A DNA stretch of 64,000 nt from Promethearchaeia archaeon (GTDB taxonomy: Archaea > Asgardarchaeota > Lokiarchaeia > Sigyniarchaeales > SOKP01), in NCBI GenBank assembly GCA_046483985.1, contig JAWOCD010000039.1, positions 1 through 64,000 on the forward strand, given 5' to 3'. Below are positions 10,583 to 19,830 of the stretch, in pieces; the stretch's first letter is position 1; every line of letters begins with the position of its first letter. The translations under genes were made by a program, and so were the position numbers. Below the pieces are notes generated by a model, which did no database searches, was not told the origin of the DNA, and worked only from the letters and a program-made list of their open reading frames with translations.

Positions 10583-11212
10583 TTATATTTCAGCATTAAT
10601 TCCTAATTTTTCTTTCAACTGCGTCTGGAATTGAGATTGGTTTTTATAAAAAATGGTATTAATTTCGCAGCGTTTTGCCCCTTTTACATTTACATAATTA
10701 TCGTCAATAAACAAAATTTGATTTGCCTTGCACCTTGCCTTTTCAATTGCATACTTATAGATCTCTGGATCGGGCTTTGTTACTCCGATTTCATAGGATA
10801 AAATAAAATCTTCAAATAAGGGCATCCAGTCCCAATCTTTTTCTAATAAATGATTCCAGTGGGCAGAATTCACGTTTGAGAGCACAAATGAAGTGAGGTC
10901 TTGTCGTTTCACTTTTTTAATTATCTCAATGGTATCGGTGTTTAATGATTGGATAATGCTATTGAAGGCGTTGAAAAATTCCGTTTCTCGGATTTGATTT
11001 AATTTGAGCACGTTGTTCATTAATTCGTAAAATTCATTCGAACTAATGGTTCCCTCGTGATACGCGTCGTAATTACTCATCAAAATTTGCTTAAACTTTG
11101 CTTCCGTTAATTGCAGTTTAGAATGGGTTTGAATAAATCTGAAAAAGGAAGTATAGTCTAAATTTACTATAACTCCTCCCAAATCCCATAGAATAGCTCG
11201 AATCTTCTCCAT
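10583..11212 (-). CDS. HAD-superfamily phosphatase (YihX-like)
   Basis: WDLGGV, LSN, KPDPEIY, FIDD motifs. Confidence 0.9.
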   Translation of the reverse strand: MEKIRAILWDLGGVIVNLDYTSFFRFIQTHSKLQLTEAKFKQILMSNYDAYHEGTISSNEFYELMNNVLKLNQIRETEFFNAFNSIIQSLNTDTIEIIKKVKRQDLTSFVLSNVNSAHWNHLLEKDWDWMPLFEDFILSYEIGVTKPDPEIYKYAIEKARCKANQILFIDDNYVNVKGAKRCEINTIFYKNQSQFQTQLKEKLGINAEI

Positions 11213-11348
11213 TTATTTCACGTATCTATATTTCAATCAAAATTATTTATGCTCGGTACTAACGAAACTTATTCTCATTATTTAATAAATTCTTTATTCT
11301 TAATTTTCTTACCTAGAATTAAGGTAAATAAAAATAAGTTTTAGTTTT

Positions 11349-11966
11349 ATGAAAAAATTAGAGAACATTTTCGAGAATATTGCAGAGGATTTGGACAAAT
11401 ATACAGAGATACGGGAAGAAATTTTAAACCTTCAGAGGAAAATAATCAGTGATTGTAGTATTGCTATAAAAAATATTCACAGAGAGGAATATGACAATTA
11501 CCACAGAAAGATTGATATGATAGAAAATAATCTTGCCGATTTACATGAGATGGTGAATCAAAAACCTGGAATCTTTTTCAAATACTTGAAAACGGCTGAA
11601 CAAGAATATACGGAGGCTGTGTGCTTTTATTCAATAGTCAACGAGAAAGAAATTCCTACTAAAGACCAGCTCGATGTCTATAGTTTACATTATGCAACGG
11701 GAATGGCCGATATTATTGGAGAATTAAGGAGATATGTATTGGACAATATTCGAAATTCAAACGTGAGCCAGTTGAATAAAATGTTGGAGATTATGGATGA
11801 AATATATACATATCTTTTTTCTCTGGATTATCCATCGGGATTAACCAAAGATTTACGTCATAAAACCGACATAGCACGGAAATTAATCGAAAAAACCCGC
11901 GGTGATATCTCATTAACAATGCAAATGAATGAATTAAAAGACTTTCTTAAGACTAAAAAAGGATAA
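11349..11966 (+). CDS. Translin/Trax family protein
   Basis: REEIL, EQEYTEA, GMADIIGELRR, LRHKTD motifs. Confidence 0.85.
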   Translation: MKKLENIFENIAEDLDKYTEIREEILNLQRKIISDCSIAIKNIHREEYDNYHRKIDMIENNLADLHEMVNQKPGIFFKYLKTAEQEYTEAVCFYSIVNEKEIPTKDQLDVYSLHYATGMADIIGELRRYVLDNIRNSNVSQLNKMLEIMDEIYTYLFSLDYPSGLTKDLRHKTDIARKLIEKTRGDISLTMQMNELKDFLKTKKG

Positions 11967-12010
11967 TAATTATTTTCAACCAATATTTATCAACTTATAT
12001 GTGAATAAAA

Positions 12011-13570
12011 ATGCCTTTCGATGTTGAAAATATTAAACTGGATGCTAAAAAGGATTATGAAAAAGCGTGGTTAGAAACCAGAGATCTCCTTGATCTGAAG
12101 GGGGAATACTTTAGTTTAGTAGACAAAACCAAGGCACATCCGGTGCAGCGATTTATCCATGAGGCCCGAGACGAGATGCTTGACCTTGGTTTTGAAGAAT
12201 TAATATTACCCATGTTTGTAGACGAAAAGGAAGTTTATAAACAATACGGCCCGGAAGCAGCTCTTATTTTAGACCGATTATTTTATCTTGCTGGACTCCC
12301 ACGGCCAGATATTGGGATCTCAAAAGAAAAAATCAATGCACTCCAAAAAATCATTTCCAATTTTAACAAGATTGATGAATTAAAAAAGATTTTTCGCGAA
12401 TATAAGAAAGGAGATATTGAAGCGGACGATTTGATTGAATCATTTATGAATCGGTTAGACATGAAAGAAGAGCAAGCCTCCAAAATCATTGATAAGATCT
12501 TTCCCGAATTAAAGGATTTGAAACCAATACCCACCACTCAAACGCTGCGCAGTCATACAACAGCCCTATGGTTTAAGGTCTTGGGAGAACTATTTAAGAA
12601 AAAAAGATTACCCTTGCAATATTTTACCATATGTCCTAAGTTTCGAAGAGAACAAAAAATTGATGCAACGCATTTATATTGTTCCAACACACTTTCCTTA
12701 GTTATTATGGCTGAAAAAATTTCTTTAGAGGACTGCAGGCGGATCGCCTCTCAAATTTGTCAAAGGCTTGGCTTTGAAAATAATCGCACCGAAATTAAAA
12801 AAGCCACTTCCAAATATTATGCACCTCAAACGGAGTTTGAAATCTTTGTGGAACATCCAGAAACAAAAGAATGGATTGAAATTGGGGATGGCGGCTTTTA
12901 TAGTCCAGTGAGTTTGGCTCAATATGATATTCCCCACCCGGTATTTAATATTGGCTTCGGAGTGGAGCGGATTTCGATGATTGAAACTGGCATCAAGGAC
13001 ATTAGGAAACTGGTTTATCCATATTTTTATGAAGATATCTCCTTCAGTGATGAAGAGATTGCCCGTTCACTCTATTATAAATATGTACCCGTCACAAAAA
13101 AAGGAGTTGAAATTAAAAGTGCCATAATTGAAACGGCAAGAGAACATAAAAAAGATAAAGCTCCTCTCGAAATAAAAGCATGGGAAGGAACTATTAAAGA
13201 TCAACATGTTAAAGTATATATCTACGAACATGATGAGGGTGTTGATTTGTTAGGTCCTGCGTGTTTAAACAAAATTTGGGTAAAAGATGGTAATATCTTG
13301 GGACTCCCTGCTGATGAGAACCCACGAGAAGGAGTTGACTCGGGAAAAACCTATTTGGAAGGGATCGCCTCTGAAATGGCTTATAATGTCGAAATAATGC
13401 TGGATCAAGGAAAAAAGCAATATAAACATAGAGTGAAAATGTGCTACCGGGCTTCCGAAGTTAATTTAGAGATTGACGATGTTGTTCAAGAATTTATACA
13501 TTCTCAACAGAAGAAAATTGACATCCGAGGTCCAGTTTTCTTAGGTCTTAAATTTCAAATTACCGATTAG
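12011..13570 (+). CDS. sepS: O-phosphoserine--tRNA(Cys) ligase (SepRS)
   Basis: YKQYGPEAALILDRLFYLAGLPRPDIG, TLRSHTT, FRREQKIDATHL, SKYY, YSPVSLAQYDIPHPVFNIGFGVER, KIDIRGPVF. Confidence 0.95.
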   Translation: MPFDVENIKLDAKKDYEKAWLETRDLLDLKGEYFSLVDKTKAHPVQRFIHEARDEMLDLGFEELILPMFVDEKEVYKQYGPEAALILDRLFYLAGLPRPDIGISKEKINALQKIISNFNKIDELKKIFREYKKGDIEADDLIESFMNRLDMKEEQASKIIDKIFPELKDLKPIPTTQTLRSHTTALWFKVLGELFKKKRLPLQYFTICPKFRREQKIDATHLYCSNTLSLVIMAEKISLEDCRRIASQICQRLGFENNRTEIKKATSKYYAPQTEFEIFVEHPETKEWIEIGDGGFYSPVSLAQYDIPHPVFNIGFGVERISMIETGIKDIRKLVYPYFYEDISFSDEEIARSLYYKYVPVTKKGVEIKSAIIETAREHKKDKAPLEIKAWEGTIKDQHVKVYIYEHDEGVDLLGPACLNKIWVKDGNILGLPADENPREGVDSGKTYLEGIASEMAYNVEIMLDQGKKQYKHRVKMCYRASEVNLEIDDVVQEFIHSQQKKIDIRGPVFLGLKFQITD

Positions 13571-13611
13571 TGATAATGAATTATAATATGTTATTTCTGA
13601 GATGAAGGAAA

Positions 13612-14061
13612 ATTAAGAAAAAGATAATGGTTGCCGGAACTTTTGATATTATCCACCCTGGTCATATCTTTTTAATCAATGAAGCAGCAAAATTAGGCAA
13701 TGTATTTGTAGTAGTAGCCACAGACAAGAATGCAAAACGATTTAAGGGACAAGGCCCGATCATTCCCGAGGACCAGAGGCTTGAGGTCGTACGAGCGATT
13801 AAAAATGTGAAAAAAGCCGTTCTTGGCACTCGTAAAAGCGATACCCTCAAGACCGTGGAAGATCTAAACCCAGACATAATCATGCTGGGTCCGGACCAAA
13901 AATTTATCCTTGAGAAGTTGAAAAAAGGTCTTAAAGAGAAGGGATTAGGACACATTAAAGTTAAGAGATTAGAAGCATATTATGATAATTATAGACTCCA
14001 TTCCTCGAGTTTAATAAAGAAAAAAATAATTGAAGAGTATAAGGACAAGGATGAACTATGA
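13612..14061 (+). CDS. ribL: Archaeal FAD synthetase (cytidylyltransferase family)
   Basis: VAGTFDIIHPGH, LGPDQ, HSSSLIK; 4-bp overlap with ribK. Start is ATT 13612 or ATG 13627. Confidence 0.85.
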   Translation: MKKKIMVAGTFDIIHPGHIFLINEAAKLGNVFVVVATDKNAKRFKGQGPIIPEDQRLEVVRAIKNVKKAVLGTRKSDTLKTVEDLNPDIIMLGPDQKFILEKLKKGLKEKGLGHIKVKRLEAYYDNYRLHSSSLIKKKIIEEYKDKDEL

Positions 14062-14771
14062 AGAATGGATATAACGTCGATCCGGATAATTACGCGAATT
14101 GGTTTGCACTTTTTTGTCTTTGTTCCCAATTGGGAAGTAAACGCTCTATCAAAATTAGTTCGGGAGAGTTTGGAGAATTATTGGGTGTTAGCCAACAGAC
14201 CGCCTCTCGAAGAATCAACGAACTTATAAATCTTGGTTGGATTAATCGGAAGATTAAAGGCAAAACTCAAAATATTTGGATCACAGAAGAAGGTGCCGAT
14301 GTTATGTTGGGAGTCTATAAAACATTAAAAAACATTCTGGAACGCGTTCTAATCGTGGGAGAAGTCACCGAAGGAATAGGTGAAGGAGCTTATTATGTTG
14401 CTATAAAAGGATATTACGACCAATTTAAAGAAAAATTGGGTTATGAACCGTTCAAAGGAACCCTTAATCTTAAATTAAGTGATATGAATAATTCTCTGCT
14501 CAGAGAGAATTTGAATAATCGTTCTCCCGTTATAATTGAAGGATTTGAAGATCAAAGCAGAAAATATGGTCCAGTTGAGTGTTATGATTGTAAAATTGCT
14601 CCCTTAGGGAATCGGAGTAATAATCTCGACGCTGCAATATTGGATATTGAGCGAACCCATCATAAAAGTAATATTGTGGAAATCATGGCAAAACCGTATT
14701 TGAGGGATTATTATAATTTAAAAGATGGAGATAAATTGATTATAACTTTACCTCAAAAAGTCGAGAGTTAA
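14058..14771 (+). CDS. ribK: CTP-dependent riboflavin kinase with N-terminal HTH (RbkR type)
   Basis: LGVSQQTASR HTH, GIGEGAYY, PFKGTLN, ERTHH, LRDYYNLKDGD. Confidence 0.92.
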   Translation: MKNGYNVDPDNYANWFALFCLCSQLGSKRSIKISSGEFGELLGVSQQTASRRINELINLGWINRKIKGKTQNIWITEEGADVMLGVYKTLKNILERVLIVGEVTEGIGEGAYYVAIKGYYDQFKEKLGYEPFKGTLNLKLSDMNNSLLRENLNNRSPVIIEGFEDQSRKYGPVECYDCKIAPLGNRSNNLDAAILDIERTHHKSNIVEIMAKPYLRDYYNLKDGDKLIITLPQKVES

Positions 14772-14822
14772 ATAGCGGAATTTGCTAAATTTTAATTTTT
14801 AGGGGAATCAGAATAAAATACT

Positions 14823-15467
14823 TTATGTATCTCCCTTTTCCGACTCGCTTTTTTTCATATATGTTTTTATAAGAGCATTTATTTTTGCGAATCTAAATAT
14901 CGCTGACGCAATAACAAGAAACATATATATTACTATGAATTCACGAAAAAAACCACAAAAAAACGCAATACAAGAAGTTACAAATATATAAAAAAGCCGT
15001 TCAGAACGAGCCATCAATCCAACATCGTAGTCTCCATTATAAATTATCTCTGCTCGAGTTCGTGAATAACTGATCATTATCGAGGCGAGAAAGGCTATAA
15101 GAATAATAAATCTCATATCCCCTAAGTGCCACATGGGCTGTTCCCAGAAATAGATAATTAAACCTAGGAAGATAATGAACTCGGAAAATCTGTCCATTGT
15201 AGAATCAAAAAACCCTCCTTTTGGTGAATTGGTTTCATTAAATCTCGAAATTGCGCCATCTATCCCGTCAAATAGTCCGCAGAAAAAAACGAATAATCCA
15301 AAAAGGATAAGATGCTGAAATACTACTAAAAAAATTATACTTAGGAATGCCAACAACAGCATACACCATGTTGCTATATTTGCTGTCATTCCCAATCTGC
15401 TGAATGCTTTTGCTAAGCCTTTTACAAGCGGTCGAAAAACACGACGGAGTCGAAATTTAGATGCCAT
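14823..15467 (-). CDS. pgsA: CDP-alcohol phosphatidyltransferase, archaetidylinositol-phosphate synthase type
   Basis: DGIDGAISR..GGFFDSTMDR signature, plus SYSRTRAE..GLMARSER as in PI/AIP synthases. Confidence 0.85.
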   Translation of the reverse strand: MASKFRLRRVFRPLVKGLAKAFSRLGMTANIATWCMLLLAFLSIIFLVVFQHLILFGLFVFFCGLFDGIDGAISRFNETNSPKGGFFDSTMDRFSEFIIFLGLIIYFWEQPMWHLGDMRFIILIAFLASIMISYSRTRAEIIYNGDYDVGLMARSERLFYIFVTSCIAFFCGFFREFIVIYMFLVIASAIFRFAKINALIKTYMKKSESEKGDT

Positions 15468-15478
15468 TCTCGCTTATT

Positions 15479-16312
15479 TTACTGGTTTGTTTTTTCTCTT
15501 TTTTCCCCTTCTTCATTCTCTTCGGTTCTTTCCAACAGATTGATATTTGTGAGTCCATAGATGCCTGTAAATATTCCTATTCCGAGCGCAGGAGCTAATA
15601 AAAATTCTAATGCCATTACAAATAAAATAAAGACATCGTCTCGGATCAAAATCGCATTTCCTTCCAATTCAAAATAGATGGTGATGTCCCAGATTCTCAT
15701 GATGAAGAACGTGATAAATGTAAATACCCCCGCAACGAGTGAGAGGTAAGAAAAAAGCTTTTTATTTAAAATACGACCAAAAAAGGCAGAGCTCATGTAA
15801 ATTAAACAAGAAACCAATAAAACATATGAATTAAACGCAATATAGAAGAGAAATAGATCATAATTGATGCTAAAGTGAAGATATCCCAATGTTTCTGCAC
15901 TGGATGACCAGAAGAAAGCCGACCATAAATATATCATCACAGCTCCGATTAAGAGACAGCTCGCAATGTTTAAATCATAAAATATCCGGGAAAAATCTTT
16001 TGATTCCAGGCGAACCCCGGGGATCTTTCCTTTAAAACTTTCTTCCAGTAATTGATCAATTTTAAGAAGAATATTATCGGGAGAGTTTTTGGTTACACGC
16101 TTGAATGTATAGGGAATATATTTTTTTTTTAATTTTCCAAGTATATCACGTGCAGTACTCCGATCTCTCGCTGAACTCTTATTTCCTTCCCAAAACCAGA
16201 TAGTTTCGGTATTAGTATCCACAATTACGGCAATATCACTTTCTGTTAAATTTTTCGCCCGATACCACGTTTCTTTTTTCATTTTATATGGAAATAATTT
16301 CGAAGTTGACAT
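15479..16312 (-). CDS. Gelsolin-homology domain fused to four transmembrane helices
   Basis: LTESDIAVIVDTNTETIWFWEGNKSSARDRSTA matches the gelsolin repeat pattern (D-hydrophobic-D..IWxWxG..S..R..A); four hydrophobic helices follow. Confidence 0.7.
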   Translation of the reverse strand: MSTSKLFPYKMKKETWYRAKNLTESDIAVIVDTNTETIWFWEGNKSSARDRSTARDILGKLKKKYIPYTFKRVTKNSPDNILLKIDQLLEESFKGKIPGVRLESKDFSRIFYDLNIASCLLIGAVMIYLWSAFFWSSSAETLGYLHFSINYDLFLFYIAFNSYVLLVSCLIYMSSAFFGRILNKKLFSYLSLVAGVFTFITFFIMRIWDITIYFELEGNAILIRDDVFILFVMALEFLLAPALGIGIFTGIYGLTNINLLERTEENEEGEKREKTNQ

Positions 16313-16415
16313 AAGATAAAGAATTCCTTTAAATTAATTTGCTTACTTACTATTAAAATAATATTATAAATAAAAATTATTTTAATTTAATTATTTTTTA
16401 ATAATAATATAATTC

Positions 16416-16446
16416 TTGAACTACTCATGCTTAAAGCCGTGAGATT
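16416..16446. mobile_element. Degenerate IS200/IS605-type end hairpin (orphan)
   Basis: Minus strand reads AATCTCACGGCTTTAAGCATGAGTAGTTCAA, resembling IS605 subterminal hairpins followed by a GTAGTTCAA-type end. Confidence 0.5.
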
Positions 16447-16825
16447 GATATTCTCTAATACGTGATCAATACATTAGACAATATAGGTTGTTTTCCAACC
16501 TTAAATTACGGTTCCGCTTCTTTTTATAATTACGAACTATAATAATGCTAAGGTATTAGTATTCCATTGGGAGCAGCACTATGTGCACCCTGTTACTCCA
16601 AATGTGCAGTAAACTTTTCTCTCATCCTTTCATATTTGGGAAAGATTTCAATCGGTGAGGTCCATTTTTGTTTTTAACTTGTCCACGAGTGGAAGGAGCA
16701 GAATTGGACGGGGAGGACATGGAAGGATTTTTTAAAAATTATTTTAGCTTAACAAAAACTATTTTATTTTTTGTGTTTTTAATATTCTATAAATATCTTA
16801 AAAAAATTAAAAAGATTAGATAATT

Positions 16826-17122
16826 ATGAAACTTCGATTAGTACTTCAGACTCGTACCGAATCTGGGGCATTGATTAAACTCAAATTTAATATTGCTCCC
16901 TCGAAACACATTGGATTTGTGAACTTTCTTAAGCTTGCCTTGAATCAACAGAATCCCGTCAAACTAACCTTCGAAAAGGAATCAAAAAACGGAAAACGAG
17001 AAGAAAGCAAAATCTTTGGAAAATTTAAACTCCAAACAGAGGAAGAAACTGAAGTTAAAGAGTTACAACGAGAGATTCAAGAAGAAGAGGAGCAAAAAAA
17101 GAAGCATAAAAAGTCCAGTTAA
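16826..17122 (+). CDS. Small hypothetical protein
   Basis: 98-aa ORF with ATG start, AT-rich upstream region and a T-rich tract downstream. Confidence 0.65.
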   Translation: MKLRLVLQTRTESGALIKLKFNIAPSKHIGFVNFLKLALNQQNPVKLTFEKESKNGKREESKIFGKFKLQTEEETEVKELQREIQEEEEQKKKHKKSS

Positions 17123-17175
17123 TCACTTTCTTTTATTTACAGTATTAATTAATAGAATATGACAATTGAGACTTC

Positions 17176-17967
17176 TTATAATTCTATTAACCCCAATTTC
17201 ACCATATTCTTACACAGATTGAAAACTTTCTTAGGGGAGAATTGGAGTTTTTGAGCAATTTCCTCAATTGAAAGACCTCCATTGATGGAGTGAAATATGT
17301 CGATTGATGCGTCTCCTGTTAAATAAAATTGTGGATTCAGATCTCGGGGTACTTTGAGTTTGGGGACATTCTTTAGGTAAGGATGGTTATCATTGTTATT
17401 CTCTTTTATCGTTTTCTTCTCTTTCTGTGGTTTATTTGGTCTTGTCTTTCCTTCTTCATGTCTCTTTTCTTCACCCAAATGGTTTTGTACATTCTCAAAT
17501 AAATCTTCCACCTTTTCTTTAAACTGTGCTTCGCTTTCTTTCTTTTCCTTCTGTACATATTGATCAATTATCCTCTCAAACTGCTTAAATGTATCCGTTC
17601 GACCTCCCCATTTCTTTAATTGCTGTTCATTATATTGTTTAAGAAAGCTTCTCGATATTTTTCGGAGGTACCTTTGAACATTAACCCCTTTGGAGGTTTC
17701 GTCAAAAGACGCCAAATAAATTAGATTCGGGATGTTTTTATCCTTGACAAAGGCTAACTTGTATTCATTTTTAGAAAGGCGTAATTCATTAATGGACCCT
17801 AAATTGTTAAATTGATCGGAGAAGGAATTCAACGCGGAAAAGAAGCCGGAAACCATGACGAGATCGTTTGCACCAGAAAACATTTTCTTTTCAGAATCCG
17901 CAAAATTCTTGGAGATGAGCGGAATCCCATCCTTAATTATAACTACATCCCTTATCATTGGTATCAA
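17176..17967 (-). CDS. Longin/roadblock-like N-terminal domain plus C-terminal winged helix
   Basis: IRDVVIIKDGIPL..MVSGFFSALNSFS..INELRL (Asgard longin-like pattern); INGGLSIEEIAQKLQ..VFNLCKNMVKLGLIEL (wH). Confidence 0.7.
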   Translation of the reverse strand: MIPMIRDVVIIKDGIPLISKNFADSEKKMFSGANDLVMVSGFFSALNSFSDQFNNLGSINELRLSKNEYKLAFVKDKNIPNLIYLASFDETSKGVNVQRYLRKISRSFLKQYNEQQLKKWGGRTDTFKQFERIIDQYVQKEKKESEAQFKEKVEDLFENVQNHLGEEKRHEEGKTRPNKPQKEKKTIKENNNDNHPYLKNVPKLKVPRDLNPQFYLTGDASIDIFHSINGGLSIEEIAQKLQFSPKKVFNLCKNMVKLGLIEL

Positions 17968-18047
17968 TATTTTCTAATATATTTTTAAAAACTTGGAGTG
18001 ATCATTTGTTCTATATTTTTATAAAAATATGAAATTTCAAATAGGAA

Positions 18048-18216
18048 TGTATTACGAGGATAACATTGATATCCCGTAATACAAGTGTAATACTTTAACA
18101 CCGCCCGAGCCGTCCGATTTTGCCCGAATCTGAAAGAGCCGATTCGGTCGATCCGCGTCGCGGAAAATGATACAATTTGTCCGCAGCCAAGTGCCGAAAT
18201 TTTCAATTCTCGGACA
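18048..18216. other. GC-rich intergenic segment with multiple inverted repeats (possible structured RNA or element remnant)
   Basis: TGTATTACG/CGTAATACA with inner GGATA/TATCC (18048-18083); CCGAATC/GATTCGG (18124-18147); TCCGCG-T-CGCGGA (18152-18164). Confidence 0.4.
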
Positions 18217-18437
18217 TTTTTCGAAATGATACATTAGGGTCAATTTTATATCATTCCTATATCCTCTGATCTTTAACAAATATATGCAAAAATAATTTCC
18301 GTTTCTTCTCTTTTTTTTATCTATCTTTATCTTATGAATTTTCTATTCATTTCCTCAACTTTTTCGCTTGTAAGAGCATTTGCCAAGATATATTATTTAG
18401 GAAATTTAAGAAATGTGATCAATTGAGTTTTTGGAAA

Positions 18438-18482
18438 TTTACTGACAGTTCATGACAAAGTATTTTACTGATTTTACTGACA
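18438..18482 (+). repeat. Three direct TTTACTGA repeats, two extended to TTTACTGACA
   Basis: tttactgacag...ttttactgattttactgacaa read directly from the sequence. Confidence 0.6.
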
Positions 18483-18537
18483 AAATAATATTACTTATAA
18501 CATAAGAAAAACATAAAAGAAAAAAACAAAAAGAAGG

Positions 18538-19689
18538 TTAATACGGGAGGAGTATCAATTTATTTACGGGCAGAATCTTATTCACTAAGGAGCCAAAAAG
18601 CGTACAGATGCCTGTTTTTAGAGAACTCCGTTTCAAATACTTGCTTAATTGTTTATTATTCTCAAAACTTTCCATCTGTTTTTCGGTATTCTTTCTAATT
18701 TTCCGCCTTGTTCGCCGCATATATTTTTTGTAATATTTTAGCGGGGGCTTTCCTTTTTTTTCTCCTTTTCTAATAGCCTTTGCCAATCGCCTTCCACTTA
18801 AAGCAGCGGCATCCATGCCTAATCCTCTATATAAGTCTACTAACCCCGCCGCATCTCCGATAAAAAATAAATTTCCATTGCCTAAATATACATGGTCTGG
18901 ATCTTGGAGACAAAATTGTGAAGCAAATCCCTCTTTTTTTGTTATATTTCCATTGAAGTTAAATTTATCTTCAATATAATCGACCAATTTATTACAATGA
19001 CTTGCAACATCATCCGTATGGCCTGTCCCGATCACCCATTTGTCGTTTTTCTTATAGGACCATGCAAACATTAGATTGGAATAGTCCGTGTTCCAGAACT
19101 GATATAATGTGTTGGGATCCAGATCTCCTTCCGTATAATCGTCAAAATAATAATTAAGCGTAACACCTGGGTCATCTGCATCGAAATCCTGCGGTCTTAC
19201 CTTTTTACGGATGGACGAGGTAAGCCCGTCAGCTGCAATTAAATACTTGGTCTTCACTTTTTCTCTTTTTTCATGTTTGGGATGGAGTGTAACCAAAAAC
19301 CCATCTTCCTCCCGTTCAAAATCTTCGCAGCGCACTCCATCGCGGAACTGAGAACCCGCTTCCTCAGCAATCTGGTTTAACCAGTCATCAAATACATCCC
19401 TTGTAAAATTTAACATTGAAAACGGTAACTTCATAGATTTTCGACTCGGAAGTTCCATATATAAACGATTAAGCGGGTTTGTACATAATTTCTCTGGGGG
19501 GATTTCTTTCCCGATTATACGTTCAAAATATTTAAACTGAATTGCACTACACGGTTTTTCACGCGGTGTATAGGCACTTTCCACGATTAAGGTATCAAAA
19601 TCATGTTTTGCCAGATACCGCCCCGCAACCGAGCCAGCAATACCTCCTCCTACAATGACTGCATCATATTCTTTCATTTTCCTATTCAA
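18538..19689 (-). CDS. Geranylgeranyl-reductase-family FAD-dependent oxidoreductase
   Basis: VGGGIAG, PREKPC, RDVFDDWL, IAADG, IGDAAGLVD..GLGMDAAALSG. Confidence 0.88.
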   Translation of the reverse strand: MNRKMKEYDAVIVGGGIAGSVAGRYLAKHDFDTLIVESAYTPREKPCSAIQFKYFERIIGKEIPPEKLCTNPLNRLYMELPSRKSMKLPFSMLNFTRDVFDDWLNQIAEEAGSQFRDGVRCEDFEREEDGFLVTLHPKHEKREKVKTKYLIAADGLTSSIRKKVRPQDFDADDPGVTLNYYFDDYTEGDLDPNTLYQFWNTDYSNLMFAWSYKKNDKWVIGTGHTDDVASHCNKLVDYIEDKFNFNGNITKKEGFASQFCLQDPDHVYLGNGNLFFIGDAAGLVDLYRGLGMDAAALSGRRLAKAIRKGEKKGKPPLKYYKKYMRRTRRKIRKNTEKQMESFENNKQLSKYLKRSSLKTGICTLFGSLVNKILPVNKLILLPY

Positions 19690-19830
19690 AAAATTTCTTT
19701 AACAAACTATTATATAGTACATATCTATTATCGCTATTGATAAATAAACCTTTCTGGGTGAAGGTTATCACTAATCAATAAACTGAAGAACATAACAGAA
19801 AATCAGAAAAAAAGGAAAAAATTATTTTTA

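Noticed and set aside
13588-13626. In-frame ATG..TGA upstream of ribL as possible selenocysteine readthrough
   Set aside because: The TGA is not at a conserved Cys position, the extension is not RibL-like, and it abuts the sepS stop region.
16685-16705. GGAAGGAGCAG resembling SRP RNA helix 8
   Set aside because: The flanks do not pair around the GGAA loop and no Alu domain is visible.
17985-18279. ORFs 17985..18206 and 18052..18279
   Set aside because: Non-ATG starts, no motifs and mutually overlapping; the region is better explained by inverted-repeat structure.
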